DNA of 64,000 nucleotides from Schmidtea polychroa (taxonomy: Eukaryota). The notes below the pieces were generated by a model that saw nothing but the letters and a program-made list of their open reading frames with translations, was not told where the DNA came from and searched no databases. How positions within the stretch are numbered: the stretch's first letter is position 1; every line of letters starts with the position of its first letter. Of the stretch, positions 1 through 12,807 are shown one piece after another. The DNA lies in NCBI GenBank assembly GCA_044892525.1, contig CM097887.1:56110001-56174000 (forward strand), given 5' to 3'. Position numbers and translations under genes: made by a program.

Positions 1-751
1 GTTTTTCTGGAATTTTTTACTGTTTTTATCGTCTTTTAAGTTATTCGAGTCTGTTTTTGTAATTCTATGTTTATTTGGATATTTTTGAGTTTGATTTTGC
101 ATAACTTCTTGCTTTTGTATAATTTTATTTAATTTCTGTGTTTATTTTTTTTGTTGTTTTCTCCTTTAATTACTATTGTTTATTTGGTGTAGTTTTTAAT
201 ATTTAGCTATACTTTTTGCTTTTTGCATGTTGTGTACCCACACATTTCAGTCATAATTAGAAGTTTGGGTCTAGAAATCAGTTCTAGCCCAACATGTGAC
301 TGAGAGGCGTTGGCACACAACAAGCACGCATAAAACTAAGTAGAGTTAAACTCGAACCCATCCAAACACCAACTAAACAGTTAAACCGAATTCACACAAC
401 ATCAAAATAATAAACGCAAAAGTAAATACAACTTAGACTAAATGCAAAAAGTAGTGGGTCCAAGTAACTCACATTTTACTCTTTTGTGCTGTTTCCAGAG
501 TAATCCAGAATACAATGATGTCATTACACTTGATACCCGTTGATTGATCAACGTTGGTACTGTATCAAGGGTTTGAGTACCAGCTAAAAGTGAGCGCGCT
601 CTTCCGCACTATAATTGACAACTACTTATACGGGTTCACGGACTACCGATAGAAGGATTGCGTCCAATTTTTATTCAGGTCCCTATTCCTTAACCTCTTT
701 TCCCCAACATTGTCATGACATTCAATACACCTCGGGTTGCTCTACCTGAAC

Positions 752-1720
752 TAGTGATTGCAAAACCTAAAACCGGAAAAACTGGAAAGCCGGAAAAACC
801 GGAAAGCCGGAAAACCGTTAGGTGCTCCAGAGTAAAGCAAAAAACCGAATTTCCAAAAGCAAAACTGGTATTTTGAGTTTCTAAACTGCATTAAATATAT
901 TATAAAAAGTAACCATAAACCATTTTTTACAATTAGCCACACTTCCAGTTTCCAATTTCATGTTCACTGGGGGTTGGCATTGACATGAAATGCACGTTTG
1001 ACTGACAACTGACAGACTACTGACACTTCGATATTTATTGTTAATTGAAATGCGCGCGTGAGTGCACTTTTATTCATATTTGGTAAATGGTAATATTTTA
1101 ATTAGTCATTTGATTTTAAATATATTTGGTAATTGATATATTGATATTGATATTATATAATTGGTATAATTATTAAATATATAATTACATTCAAAACAGT
1201 TAGACGTTATATTACATTCATATATATTATTTATATTTGGTAAATGGTAATGTTTTATTTAAGTTTAGTTATTTGATTTTAATATACTTTAACTTGTGTT
1301 CATAAATTTTAGAATTCTTTTGGCATCACAAATTATGTCAACAACTACAGAAACAGTTTTTGAAGAGCACAAAAAAGACAGTAATAAAAACTCAATATGG
1401 TTTTATTTTCTACAAGCCTAAAAAGATAATTTTAACTTAGCAAAATGCAAGAAATAACGAGCCAACTTCAAGTTCAATATCTTCCAGCCAAAAACTGACA
1501 AAATATTCTACAACAGATACTAATAATTCGTTGAATTTTGTGGTATCTAAAATGACAGCAGTTGATGGTTTCCCCTTTAATAGTTTTTGTACTTCAATAG
1601 AACTGCGGAAATTGTTATTAGCTAGAGGTAGCGATTTTCAAAATTTGCCAAGATCCCAAATTCCATACGAAAAATGGTAATCAATTATAGTAAAACTATT
1701 CAAGAAAGTGTTAAATAATG
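752..1720 (+). mobile_element. Decayed hAT-family DNA transposon, 5' part (subterminal repeats plus BED-finger/transposase remnant)
   Basis: Starts TAGTGATTGCAAAACC, followed by tandem AAA(A/G)CCGGAAA subterminal motifs (770-830). From ~1336 it reads MSTTTETVFEEHKKDSNKNSIWFYFLQA*KDNFNLAKCKK* (BED-like W..F...AKC), then SLNFVVSKMTAVDGFPFNSFCTSIELRKLLLARG, with stops and frameshifts. No matching right end or TSD found. Confidence 0.55.
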
Positions 1721-1859
1721 AGGGCAGGCCCATCACTACATTTACCCTAGATAAGTATTATAGAACGGGGCTAAACAAATATAGGGTTAATGTGTTCACC
1801 GATGATCGGAATTAGATGTAAACAAAACTTCTCCAATTCCCCAGCAGTTCAATCCAATC

Positions 1860-1920
1860 CAGGCGCGTACGCAGGATGAATCCATGGGGGGGGGGTTTAC
1901 CCCCCCTGCGTACGCGCATG
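1860..1920. mobile_element. 61-bp minimal hAT-type MITE
   Basis: 16-bp TIRs CAGGCGCGTACGCAGG / CCTGCGTACGCGCATG (15/16 match). An 8-bp direct repeat ATCCAATC lies on both sides (1852-1859, 1921-1928), though within a CAATC-repeat context. Confidence 0.65.
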
Positions 1921-2569
1921 ATCCAATCCAATACAATCCAAAAACAATAATTAACTAACAATCATTATCCTTTGTGATTCTATTAATCTAATTAACAATG
2001 TATATATTTACTCTGTATGACATTCATTTATATTATTAACTATTCACTATGTTATATTTTAATCCTGAATGATTGTAAATATTTTTATTATGGGTACACT
2101 GTGTTATATTTTATTTTAATTTTGATTATTCCTTTTAATCGGTGTATATATGTGATGTAATAATACATTTAATACAATTTAATACAATACAATTTAATAA
2201 CATTTAAATACAAGGTAAAATATTTTAACAAATAAATTAATATAAATTTTAAAGTTTTAATATAAATTATTATATATAAATTAATATAAATTTTAGAGTT
2301 TTAATTAAAATTTTCTTAGGAAAATATAAATCTTTTTCTGTAATAATGCGAAATAAAATAATTAAATATAGACACGCAAATTAAATATAACAAATAGATT
2401 AATTAATATAAAGTTTTAATTAAAAATCTTTTTATACAAATGCGACGCCAAAGGAAGAGATAAATATAATATATAATATAATTAAATAATTCTGTACTTA
2501 TATTACATAAATATAATAATCTGCAAATAATTAGAAGATGTAATAAGTTTTTATAATAATAATAAAAAA

Positions 2570-2634
2570 TTTGAGGCCCCGCCAGTCGAGCCCTAGGTTT
2601 CAGCCTTGCCAATCTAAGAGTAAATCCCGGCCTA
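2570..2634. mobile_element. Right end of a hAT-type MITE (same family as 50402-52497)
   Basis: TTTGAGGCCCC...GCCCTAGGTTTCAGCCT...AAGAGTAAATCCCGGCCTA aligns with 52443-52497 (TTTGGGGCCCC...GCCCTAGGCTTCAACCTAAGGGTAAATTCAGGCCTA). Left end not resolved. Confidence 0.45.
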
Positions 2635-2920
2635 TCTCTCGCAATAATTAATTTCAATTTTGAAATGGCAGACTTTACTAAATATTAATATTTCTACTAA
2701 TTTTTATGTAGATGCTTGCAATCTGTTGTATTTTATTTATATATTTTTAATTATTTTCTCAATGTTTCCTATTTTACTTTATTTTAATAAATGTGTTATC
2801 TTTAATCAAATTGGTACAATAATGATAAATACTGATATTTTAAAGTCGCTGTCAATTTACAACATTTGAAAATATCAGTGTTTTACTATATTAATTAAAT
2901 AAACATTAGGTAAATTTATA

Positions 2921-5870
2921 ATGTTTCGATTACATTGTAAATTGGATTTTAAATTATTGGTTAGCAATGCTTAGAATGAATAAAATATATTTTAAAATTT
3001 GTTAGTTAAGATCGTTTAATAAAGCAGCGGATTATCTTCCTAGATTTTTGCAGGCTGAATTGCCAGAAACTGAGGTTACGAAGTTAGGCAATGAAGTTCG
3101 CGTAGTATCAGAAAATTGGCGCTCTGAGACATGCACCGTTATTAATGTTTTGTTGCTATTTATTTCAGTAATTAATTATAGGTTGGTCTGTGGATGGACA
3201 TTGGATCACGTTGTGAAAATGATAAAAACAATGGTATTGCACATTTTCTTGAGCACATGTATTTCAAAGGAACTGATAAAAGAGATCATAACACTATTCA
3301 ATCAGAAACAATAGAAAGAGGTGCATCTTGGAATACTTACACTTCTAGAGAAATGATATCTATATATGCTAATTGTCATAAAAATGATTTAGAATGGGGT
3401 AACATTTTTAACTTAAAAAAAGTATTTAAAGTAATTTAGCGATAAGTTTATTAAGTGAAATAGCTACGACAACTAAATATGATGATAATGTAGTTGAAAA
3501 ATCAAAAGAAAATGTTCTAAGGGAACTTGAAGTAAAATGTTAAGTTAATTCTGCCTTTATGAATAAAATATGTAAGGCTATTGGGAATAATCCACGAGAA
3601 GTAGTTTTTGATTATCTCCACGGTACCGCTTATCAAGGAACTCCATTAGGTCGAAGTATATTAGGAACTGAAGAAAATATTAAGAGCTTCTCGGCGAAAG
3701 ATTTAAGTTCGTTTGTTGACAATTTTTTTAAAGGTCCTCGTATGGTTCTTGCCGCTGTTGGAGGTAAATAAAGAATTTAAAATAAAATAATATCGGATTG
3801 AGCTATTTAGATATCAATCATCAACATCTCAATGAAATAGCCAATAAATATTTTGGTAATATCACATGTAATTATGCCAATGGAATAGATCAGAGATTAC
3901 CTGTTCGTTACACTGCATCAGATATTAAACATCGTGATGATGATCTTCCGCTTGGTCATGTAGCAATTGCTTTACAAGGTCCAGGATGGTCGAGTCCTGA
4001 TAATATCCCGTTATTAGTAGCAGCTACGATTAATGGATCATACGATCATTCACATGGAGGTACAGTTTATACATCTAATCACATGGCACTTAAAGCATTC
4101 AAAACTTGGGATTGGCATAGTTTTCAAAATTTTATGATTTCTTATCACGATACATCTTTATGGTAATTTTCCTATTTTTCTGAGTGTATGAAACGTAAAA
4201 TTTCAAAATTATTAAAATATTCTTTATATTCATTTATAAAATTCTATTATTCAATATTATATATTAATAGAAAAATGAAATGAATATTGATTATCTCAAG
4301 CGAAAATTAATAACTTAAAAACTATATGTGGTCTTGTTGAGAAATATTTGTGATGTTATATTTATATTACTGACACCCAATCAGTGACCCAATCTGAAAA
4401 TATGAAAAATGATAGAAATATTGAAAAGAAATAATGGACTTGGAATTTCGATGGGAAAGTGCAAGGAAAGGAACGTTAAGTGATTATATTAAAGAATGTG
4501 ACCAGAAAAGTTCGACTGTCAGTTCTTATTTTCGAAAATTCAACAAATAATTGGTGACGCTTTGATATGGGTCACTCGATTTTTATTAAATAAAATAGTA
4601 AGGTATATTGACGTTTATAGATTTAAAAATAAGTCTTTATGAAGATTGATAATTTATTTTGAAATCGTTGCAACGTTGAATTACAAATTTTCAGCCATTC
4701 AATCTCTCCAAAGACAGCGTTATCCCAATAGTTTGTAATTGTTTTGTGGGAAGATGGAATTTTGACATGCATATTAAAGGAAAAATCTGATTACCAAAAA
4801 CATGTTTCAGTTTTGTCGATTGAATACTGCAAAATAATAATTATGTAAAAGAAACATTTATATAATGTAACACTTTGAAATTAGTTTCCCGTAATTGATA
4901 TTAGAGAGGACATGCAATTCTTGTTATTCATTTCGTCTTTATTCAATTTATACACTTCAAAACATTACCAGTTCTGAACAGTCCGTGTTAATTCGGAATT
5001 TTTTTGACTTCATCCAATAATCAATATTACCAGTTTGTTCTTCCATTTCTGGTATTTCTATGAATTTAAAATTTTCTATACATGCTTTTTGTATAGATTT
5101 ATATAACAATTTGGAAAAGTCTTATATTCATCGCAAAGAAAAAACTTCTTTCTTGGCTCCTTGGTGCCCCTGACATTTGTATTAAATATGAAGTTCATCT
5201 TAATTAAATTTTGACTCGCTTTTTAATAAAACAATACAGTGATTAAAATATAATTGATTTTACTTGTAATTTTTCAAAAAATGATGTTATTTCAATGACT
5301 TTGATAAAATGAAATCACAAATTGAATAATGACAATAATTAATAATAAATATTAATGTCAATTAAATCAATAATAATGTAAATATTTTATAGGGGAATTC
5401 ATTTTACAGCAACAAGTTTAGGAATTTTTGATGCAACTAGAGAAGTAATGGACAGAATGGTTCGACTTTGTTCTAATATTACTGATTTTGAAGTAAATCG
5501 AGCAAAAAACCAACTAAGAGGGAAAGTAACTTCAGTTTTCAATGATCAAACCTCTATATGTGATGAAATTGGTCGACAAATGGTTGTTTATGGTCGCAGA
5601 ATTCCACTGGAAGAGATGATTGCAAGAATTGACGTATAAATTATATTAAAATTTTATATTCAATATAAATATACATATATTTAGATGGTGAATTCTGATA
5701 TGGTACGAAATGTGGCCAATACTTATATTTATGACAAATGTCCTGTTATAGCTAGCTATGGTTAGATTATCATTCTGCATTTGATTTTATTGTTGAAATT
5801 TACAGGGCCGGTTGAAGGGATAATGGATTATAATAATATTAGAGCTCGTACTTATTGGGTTAGATTTTAA
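2921..5870 (+). CDS. PMPCB: Mitochondrial processing peptidase beta subunit / cytochrome bc1 core protein 1 (M16 family), 9 exons, ~466 aa
   Basis: Exons 2921-2959, 3006-3137, 3182-3398, 3440-3531, 3577-3763, 3811-4162, 5393-5633, 5685-5760, 5806-5870; all introns GT-AG and the frame is conserved (1401 nt). Presequence-like N-terminus. [11 protein letters not shown] with Glu 76 residues after the second His (HxxEH-x76-E). Also [40 protein letters not shown] and C-terminal [21 protein letters not shown]. First-exon assignment is least certain, and PMPCB versus UQCRC1 orthology needs a phylogeny. Confidence 0.92.
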
Positions 5871-7315
5871 TGAAACTCATTTGAAGTTTTATCTAATCTT
5901 TTCATCAATTGGTCAATAAAATTAATTACTAGTTTGATTTTGTATAATTACTGAAAGTAAATATAAAGTTTCGATGTTTTTATTTAGATGTATTCTATTG
6001 CAAGATTTGAGTTTTTAGCTACAGTCAAAGTTTCCAAATCATTTGAGTCTTGGTTTATTGATTTCGAGGAATTGTATATAATTTCTAAACTAAGATTAAT
6101 AAAATATTTAATTATTTTTAATCAGGAGCTTTTATCTACTTATCCAGTACCGTAACTAAGGGTGGCAAAATGATATTCCAAAAAAAATTTAATATTTTGT
6201 AGTTTTGATTCTATTTTGAAATAAATTATATACGGCAGTTGAAAATTTATGTAGAATTGAAACGGCTCTGTCTCAATATAACGACAAATCTTCACAACAA
6301 AATAAAAATTGGACACTACAATATAATTTTATCTGCAAGTTTATTGGCTAAATTTACCGAAGGTCACATTACATTGACAAATCATATTTTAATATAAGCT
6401 ATTTACTATAAATGACAAATTATGACAAGTTTTGCTTGACATAAATCATCCCCACCTAGGACCCGTATTTTCCACAATCTTCAATAATATCTCTACATGT
6501 CAAGCTCGACTGATTTGTGCTCTGAAACAATTTATTGATGTCATCAACAAAATTTAAATTGATTAATTAGCTTGAATTTTTGCAATTACGTTGTCTGGGA
6601 TCTTTCTAAAATTGTTATATTTTTCTTTAATTTCTATTGACTTCTGCTTATACTTTTCCTCCAAAAATACTGACTTTTAGACATCTTGTAAATTTTATTT
6701 TGTATCATTGATATAACCCCAACGCTTACTTGTGAAACCTTCGTTAATTTATTGAGCTTCCAGTTGTTGGCGCTTAGGGCTTGGATTGATGTTCTTGTAT
6801 TATTGTTCCTTCTTGCGCATTTAGTTATGGCCCTAATTATTTGCTGTTTCTCAATGTGATTTTTCAAAAATTTTGAGCAGGAAACTGTCCTTATGTTGGA
6901 TGACAGGAAGAAGAATCGAAGAGTTTGAATTAACACATTACTATAGAACGGGCAGCAACAAGTTCAGAATCAATATATACGTGGAGCCCAGATAACTCAA
7001 GCCGGACAAATCAAAACAATTATCATTACAATTTGACTACTGACTTATGTACATTAGTGATTTATCGGACTATTATTTTATGACAATTATTATTTACGGT
7101 GTTTTATATTATTTTATCAATGTATCTTATTTATTTTATGGAGTTATATGTATTTTATGTTGATATTTCATATAAATAAAACATAGTATGGGGATTAATT
7201 AAATAATTAATATCAGTATAATTACAAAATACATAATATTGAAAATAATAAGTGGACATTTTAAATAATTGAAAAACATATGTTAGGAGCATGAGTGGTT
7301 CTCGAGTCGTGGGAA

Positions 7316-7470
7316 AATAATTTTAACAATAATTAACAGCAATAATAATAATTTTAGCAATAATAATAATTTTAATAATAATTAATAGCAATAATAATAA
7401 TTTTAATTTTTATCACAAATTTTTAGCAATCATAAATAATTTTAATATTTTAACAATAATCAATTTTGTA
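7316..7470. repeat. Degenerate AAT-based tandem repeat
   Basis: Several imperfect copies of GCAATAATAATAATTTTA. Confidence 0.5.
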
Positions 7471-8199
7471 GCAGTTATTTAACACTTTAAGAAGCATGTA
7501 TATAAAAATATATTAATTTCTTAATTATATTTCTTAAGTACACTTGAAAATTATAACAATTTAATTTCATATACGAAAAAAGTATAAATAGCGAGTCAAA
7601 ATTCATTTTTTTCGCCCCAAAATTTTAACCGCGTTAACATACTAAAAAGGTTAATCCTTATTAGTGCTAAAACTCGAACAGACAAACAGAAACGTTCAAA
7701 AGCCTACACGCAACACAGCAAGAGAATACATAACATTCACACAATACACACAAGCATATTCGATTGGATATTTAAAGGATTTTTGGATTTTTTGTAGCAA
7801 ACAAATTCATATTGGTAAATTTTTATTTATAATAAAAGTTTTATAACTCACTTCGTCTTTTGATATATTTGTACATATATAAGAACCAGTAAGTTGAGTG
7901 TTCCCGAATATCGAGACCTCAACACTTATTTCTCATTTAGATAATTTTATTCCTATATCTTCAACAATGATTGTAGTAGTTTTCGTTGTGAGCATAAACG
8001 TGAGAAAAATTGTAGAAATGTGATCATTAACCATCGACGGTGGCTTGCATCATTTCATTCAATGTAAAATCCTGAAGTTCGACTACCCTAAACAGTAGAG
8101 TTTTACTAACTACTATACTTGTTTGATATAGCAAAATTTCCATACTACCTAGACTATCATCAACGCTCTTGTTCATCTATGTATCTTGATGAATATATT

Positions 8200-9720
8200 A
8201 TTATTCGATTGCGATGCGGACTTCGTGGACAGCTTGCATACGGGCCAACCGAATCGAGTTTAGGATGATCTCCGTTTGAGAACGACCACTGGGCGGTCGG
8301 AAGAGCTGTGTTCTGTTGTTGGCAGACCGACTCGATTCGATACTCTTGGTTCCGCGCTTTGATCTTCGTGCAGATCCAGTCTCGATGAGGAACTGTCGTC
8401 TGCCGTGTGGTGCTTATTACCTTGCACGGAAACTACCCGTTGGTGTGCAAATTTATTGATCAACGCACACCATCTGGCCAAGATAATAATTCCCTAGTGG
8501 TGTGTATATTGATCTTGATGTCAACATGCCACGAATACATTAGGCGTAGGAAATCTCACTCCCTGTTCTGTGTGGGATTTTATCGACCAGTTCTGGTGAT
8601 TTGTTCACTATGTCTCCTCTTTTTTATTGGAGTGGTGATTATTTATAGTTGGTTAGGATTTTTCGACGTTCGTCCGACAATGACCATTAATTTTTATTTT
8701 AGGTAAAATGATTGGAGAGTTCGACTACAAGATCGCTTCCGAAATGTGCAACAACTACTATGTTCTCATCCATCGATCTCACGGTTACCGTATTGGGAAT
8801 CTATTTTTTCGGTTCTACACTTATCATTAATAAGAAGATATGTATGACTTTGTGACACATTGAGTCGCCACGCTGCGAATACTATAGGCTTAAATCACAA
8901 TCAGCTGATCGGCAACTACCAGGTCACTCGACAATGGCATCATCCTATGAGTGAATTGAAGATTTTATGGTTTAAATCAAGTTATCTTCCCAAATAATTT
9001 TTAATTACAATACAATATCTCTGCGTCTTTAAGTTTTTTCGTGAACTATGGTATAACAGTGAGTAAGAACAAAACTACTGGGCTTTAATTATAAATTTTT
9101 ACGAATGCTTGCTATTTTTATTAATCGGGTTACACAAATCTGATTGGTAAGCAAACCCCGATGCGTTTTATTATGATGTTGCTGATTCTTAACATTTATT
9201 ACATCACATTGGTTGGTAAACCGTAGTGGTTGTCTTTCTTAAGATGTCGCAAAAATCCGGGGTTGTGCGTGGATATAGTGGTAAGGAACATTCTAGGTTT
9301 TGGCCACTAAGATTTCTCAGTTTAATCGTTTAATTCATATTATCGTTGTTATAGGTATTGGTGGTTACTCCCTTGAGGGTCAACTGATTTGAGCAATGTG
9401 TAGGGATTGGCCCTTTGTTTATGCATATCTTCCTTTAAATTTCAACTTAAATTTGGCAGGGGCCTGCCCTTATTCTTAACCGTGGAAGCATTATGATCTG
9501 TACTGATTCATTAATTTTAACTGAACTTAAATGTTTCTTGTATTTTGTCATGATTTTTGCGTCGATAAGGTTTAAATGCTTGTTTCTCTTAGCCCACTGA
9601 ACGTGTCTTACATATGGTGGGTTACAGGTAATATACATCTTACCCTTTCGTGATGTTTCCATTGCAACACAGAATACAAGGATATTGTACGGTTCGTTAA
9701 GTAGTCAATGTTGGAACTGT
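8200..9720 (+). mobile_element. Highly decayed Ty3/Gypsy gag-pol remnant
   Basis: Frameshifted motifs in pol order: LGF.RRSS...NDWR..DYK..DRF..FSSIDL (8654-8790, RT), MTF..HAANT (~8845-8885), KLLG and GKQ..DAF (RNase H end, ~9070-9170), V.VDIVG (9266-9285, integrase) and TYGG.Y.VI (GPY-like, ~9607-9633). Recognised by eye only. Confidence 0.55.
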
Positions 9721-11766
9721 ATCTAGTGAGTGAGTACTTGCGAAAAGTGAGGTACCTTGTACACTATAATTGGCAAGCACTTGAGCGCTTTGCGTCTGCA
9801 ACTGCTGGATAAGCTATAGACGTTTTTTTACCTCGGTCATGCGAAACCAAGTACTTTCTATCTCTCTGCATCGGCCCTTGAGTTTGGACACCTGGCGCTG
9901 TAGTTCCTCCACCGTTTTATAGGCAGTTTACATATCAGTCCTTAGATTTTCCATTTATTTGAGCACTAAATGGAAGATATTAAATCGATATTTCCAATAA
10001 TATGAAATTCCCGAATTAAACTATCCCCATTTACACACGGTATTCTCGTTTATTATTACTTGTTACCCACGGTGGTTAAGGGGTTGCGGTCTCGTTAATA
10101 AATTTCCTGGTTACTTTTAATTCTCCTACCCCTCAAACCTTAATGATTGCTCGTCTGAATATATTTTCAGTTTTATCCACCAGTAGCTATAGGAAATGAC
10201 GAATAGATGAACGATTTACAGCAAATTCGATTTGGAAATTTTGTATTGTAATTGTGTTGTATTATAATTTGTATTTTATTTTAAATTTTGTATTTAAAAC
10301 CTGAGATTACAAAGAAACTTTAAAACATTCCCACTGGTGATATTTACATCTATTTTCCAAACTTCTGACTACTATTTTCAAACTGCTAATATTGTTATTA
10401 CTTACAACTATTTTTAATTATAATTATAATTTTATTATAATCTACCATTATATTAACACTAAGTATAGCTGGGATTTTTCTATTGATCATTAAACGAAGT
10501 GTAAGCTAAAATAACGAGAAGAGAAAATTTTATTTCTAGCACACGACATCAGATCTCATTCCCATCTAACCTAGTAACATCGATCGAACTGCCCGCTTCC
10601 CTCGTTTCCACTGGAGTTCCAGAGGCGACCAGTTCACCGTCTCGGGAAAGTGTATTTCTCGGTTGTTGGATTGAACTAAATCGTCGGCCCACTCCTCATT
10701 ATTGAAGCTCAGTAGTTCGCCATCCGTACTGGGAATGATTTGGCTGTGGGCCCGAAAATTAAGGAATCTATGGTTGGAAACAATCTCGCTTGTTCAAAAA
10801 GAAATTTAAAAAGAAACAATGATTATGCACAACCTTATATTCTCATAACATGATAGTAAAAAAAAAATTATAACATGAAAATAAGCAAATAAAATTTAAC
10901 AATGCTTGGTAATAGTTTGCATAAAATCATGTCTTTTGTGACCAAAATGCATCGGTAATATATCCCCTAATTTTAGTGTGTATATTCATGTGTATATTCA
11001 GTAAAACAAATTTGAATTATTTCAATTTTACCTAATTTTGAATTCTAATTTTTATCAATTTTGATGATGATTTTTTATAAATTATGATTAATTTTAGGTC
11101 CCATAATAGTTAACTCACATCAATCCATAAAAAAAATAATTAAGTCATATATATGATCACAGATAGTTCAAAATTAAAATGTCAGTTGAATTGTGCAGAA
11201 TGAAAAATTATGATGTCTAAAATTGAGCTGTCGATATAATTTCTAAAGATGAAGAACTACGAATATGTGAGGACTTCACATAGATGTTTGTTCGGACTAT
11301 TCCTGATACTGGCGCTCCTCGGCGTATATGTTTACTCATTACTTGTCTGGCACCATTCTATAATGTTTATCTAGGGTGAATGTGGTCATGAGCCTACCCT
11401 CATCATCCAACATGAAAATTAAGAAACTTAATAAAAAAGTACGGCTATAAAATTGTTGGCAATGAGAGATTTAATTAATTATATAGGTCTCTAGTAATTA
11501 GATAAATCTATGCTTTAACAGTTAAATGGAGTACTAACACAATTTATAAGGAGTACGTTACAATCAGGAAAACGTCGATTGGTTCAGTATCTATTGTGTA
11601 GGATGCCTCAGATATAGTTCCAATCACTCGTTGTCATGAAGACACTACTTATTTTATCGAACACAACAATATATATCATAGACTCTGATGCTCCAGCAAC
11701 TTAAATGTTTTTCTAACCACCAACATATTTAATATATCTACTTGAAAGTAAAATATGATAAAGAAT

Positions 11767-12345
11767 CAGTGGCGTAGCCAGGATTTGTATAACCGGTAGG
11801 CTTACTTTAAACACAACCTGGAGACATCGGTGGTGGAACTTCAAATATTTTAATGATTTTTAAATATTTTCGTAGTGTTCTTATTCATATTAGCTGTAAA
11901 TGGTTTAATTACCAACACACCAAGTTCAAAGGAAGAAATAGGTGTGTAGCCAAATCAATTAAATAATTATTATTATGAGAACTTTTTTTTCAAATTTCAC
12001 CACTGATTATTTTTTCCATTGAATTTATTATAAATACTATAAATACTATAAATATGAAATAAAAATAAAGATTTATAAATTCAAAAATTGTCTTATTGCT
12101 ATTGACTAAATGATGAGTTCCGAAAAAGACAACAAGGCAGACGAAATAAAACACAATATCTGCAAAATAATCCTTCTTTCGTTGCTGAATAACTCAGCCA
12201 TTTATAGATTTCCAGCCACTTAAGTTGAAAATTTCGGTTCTGAAGACCATCCTGTGCGACAGTAAATTTATATTTTTTAGAAAGTACCCATAACTTATTC
12301 GCTTTTTATCATTATCTTACCAGCCTACTCCTGGCTACGCCTTTG
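11767..12345. mobile_element. Non-autonomous hAT-type element (579 bp)
   Basis: TIRs CAGTGGCGTAGCCAGGA / TCCTGGCTACGCCTTTG. Flanks TAAAGAAT / TAAAAAAA (6/8, an eroded 8-bp TSD). Confidence 0.65.
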
Positions 12346-12807
12346 TAAAAAAAACATAATAAAAATACTCATTTCTATCTTTAAACAAGTTGTTCTTAAT
12401 GTTTCTAAACCCTCTGATTCCCAACTACGCCTCAAGGATAACAACACTAAATCCCATATAATACTAAATTCAAATATTGTATAGGTTCGATAACTAACGA
12501 CGATTATACACTATAAACAACCTTTAGCAGGTATACCAAGTGACAATATACAGATAACAAAAATTGAATACAGATTTTTTTTCAGCGGCATTCATTCATG
12601 TAAGTAGAGTTTTTTGCGAGACGATAAAAAAAATAATCATTAGAAGGTTAATAATATATTTTTAAAATATTTTCATAACTTGAAAATATTAAAAACATAT
12701 TTTTCCTATTTCAAATTATATATTTAAAATTTAAAATTCATTAATAACTTTAATATATAAGTTTTAATTTTATTTCTGTCATAGTAACGTAAAATTACAA
12801 TTTTGAA

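Noticed and set aside
295-709. Solo LTR (TGT...ACA, 415 bp)
   Set aside because: The flanks CAACA and TTGTC give no target-site duplication, and there is no second copy in the window.
6634-6936. 100-aa minus-strand ORF and the other short AT-rich ORFs in the track
   Set aside because: No homology cues, and composition (F/I/L/K/N/Y) matches random AT-rich ORFs.
9447-9662. Minus-strand ORF as an integrase C-terminus
   Set aside because: The surrounding RT, RNase H and integrase motifs are on the plus strand, so this is antisense to the Gypsy remnant.
10068-10115. tRNA or tRNA-derived SINE (GTGGTTAAGG A-box-like)
   Set aside because: No B box (GTTCRA) and no cloverleaf.
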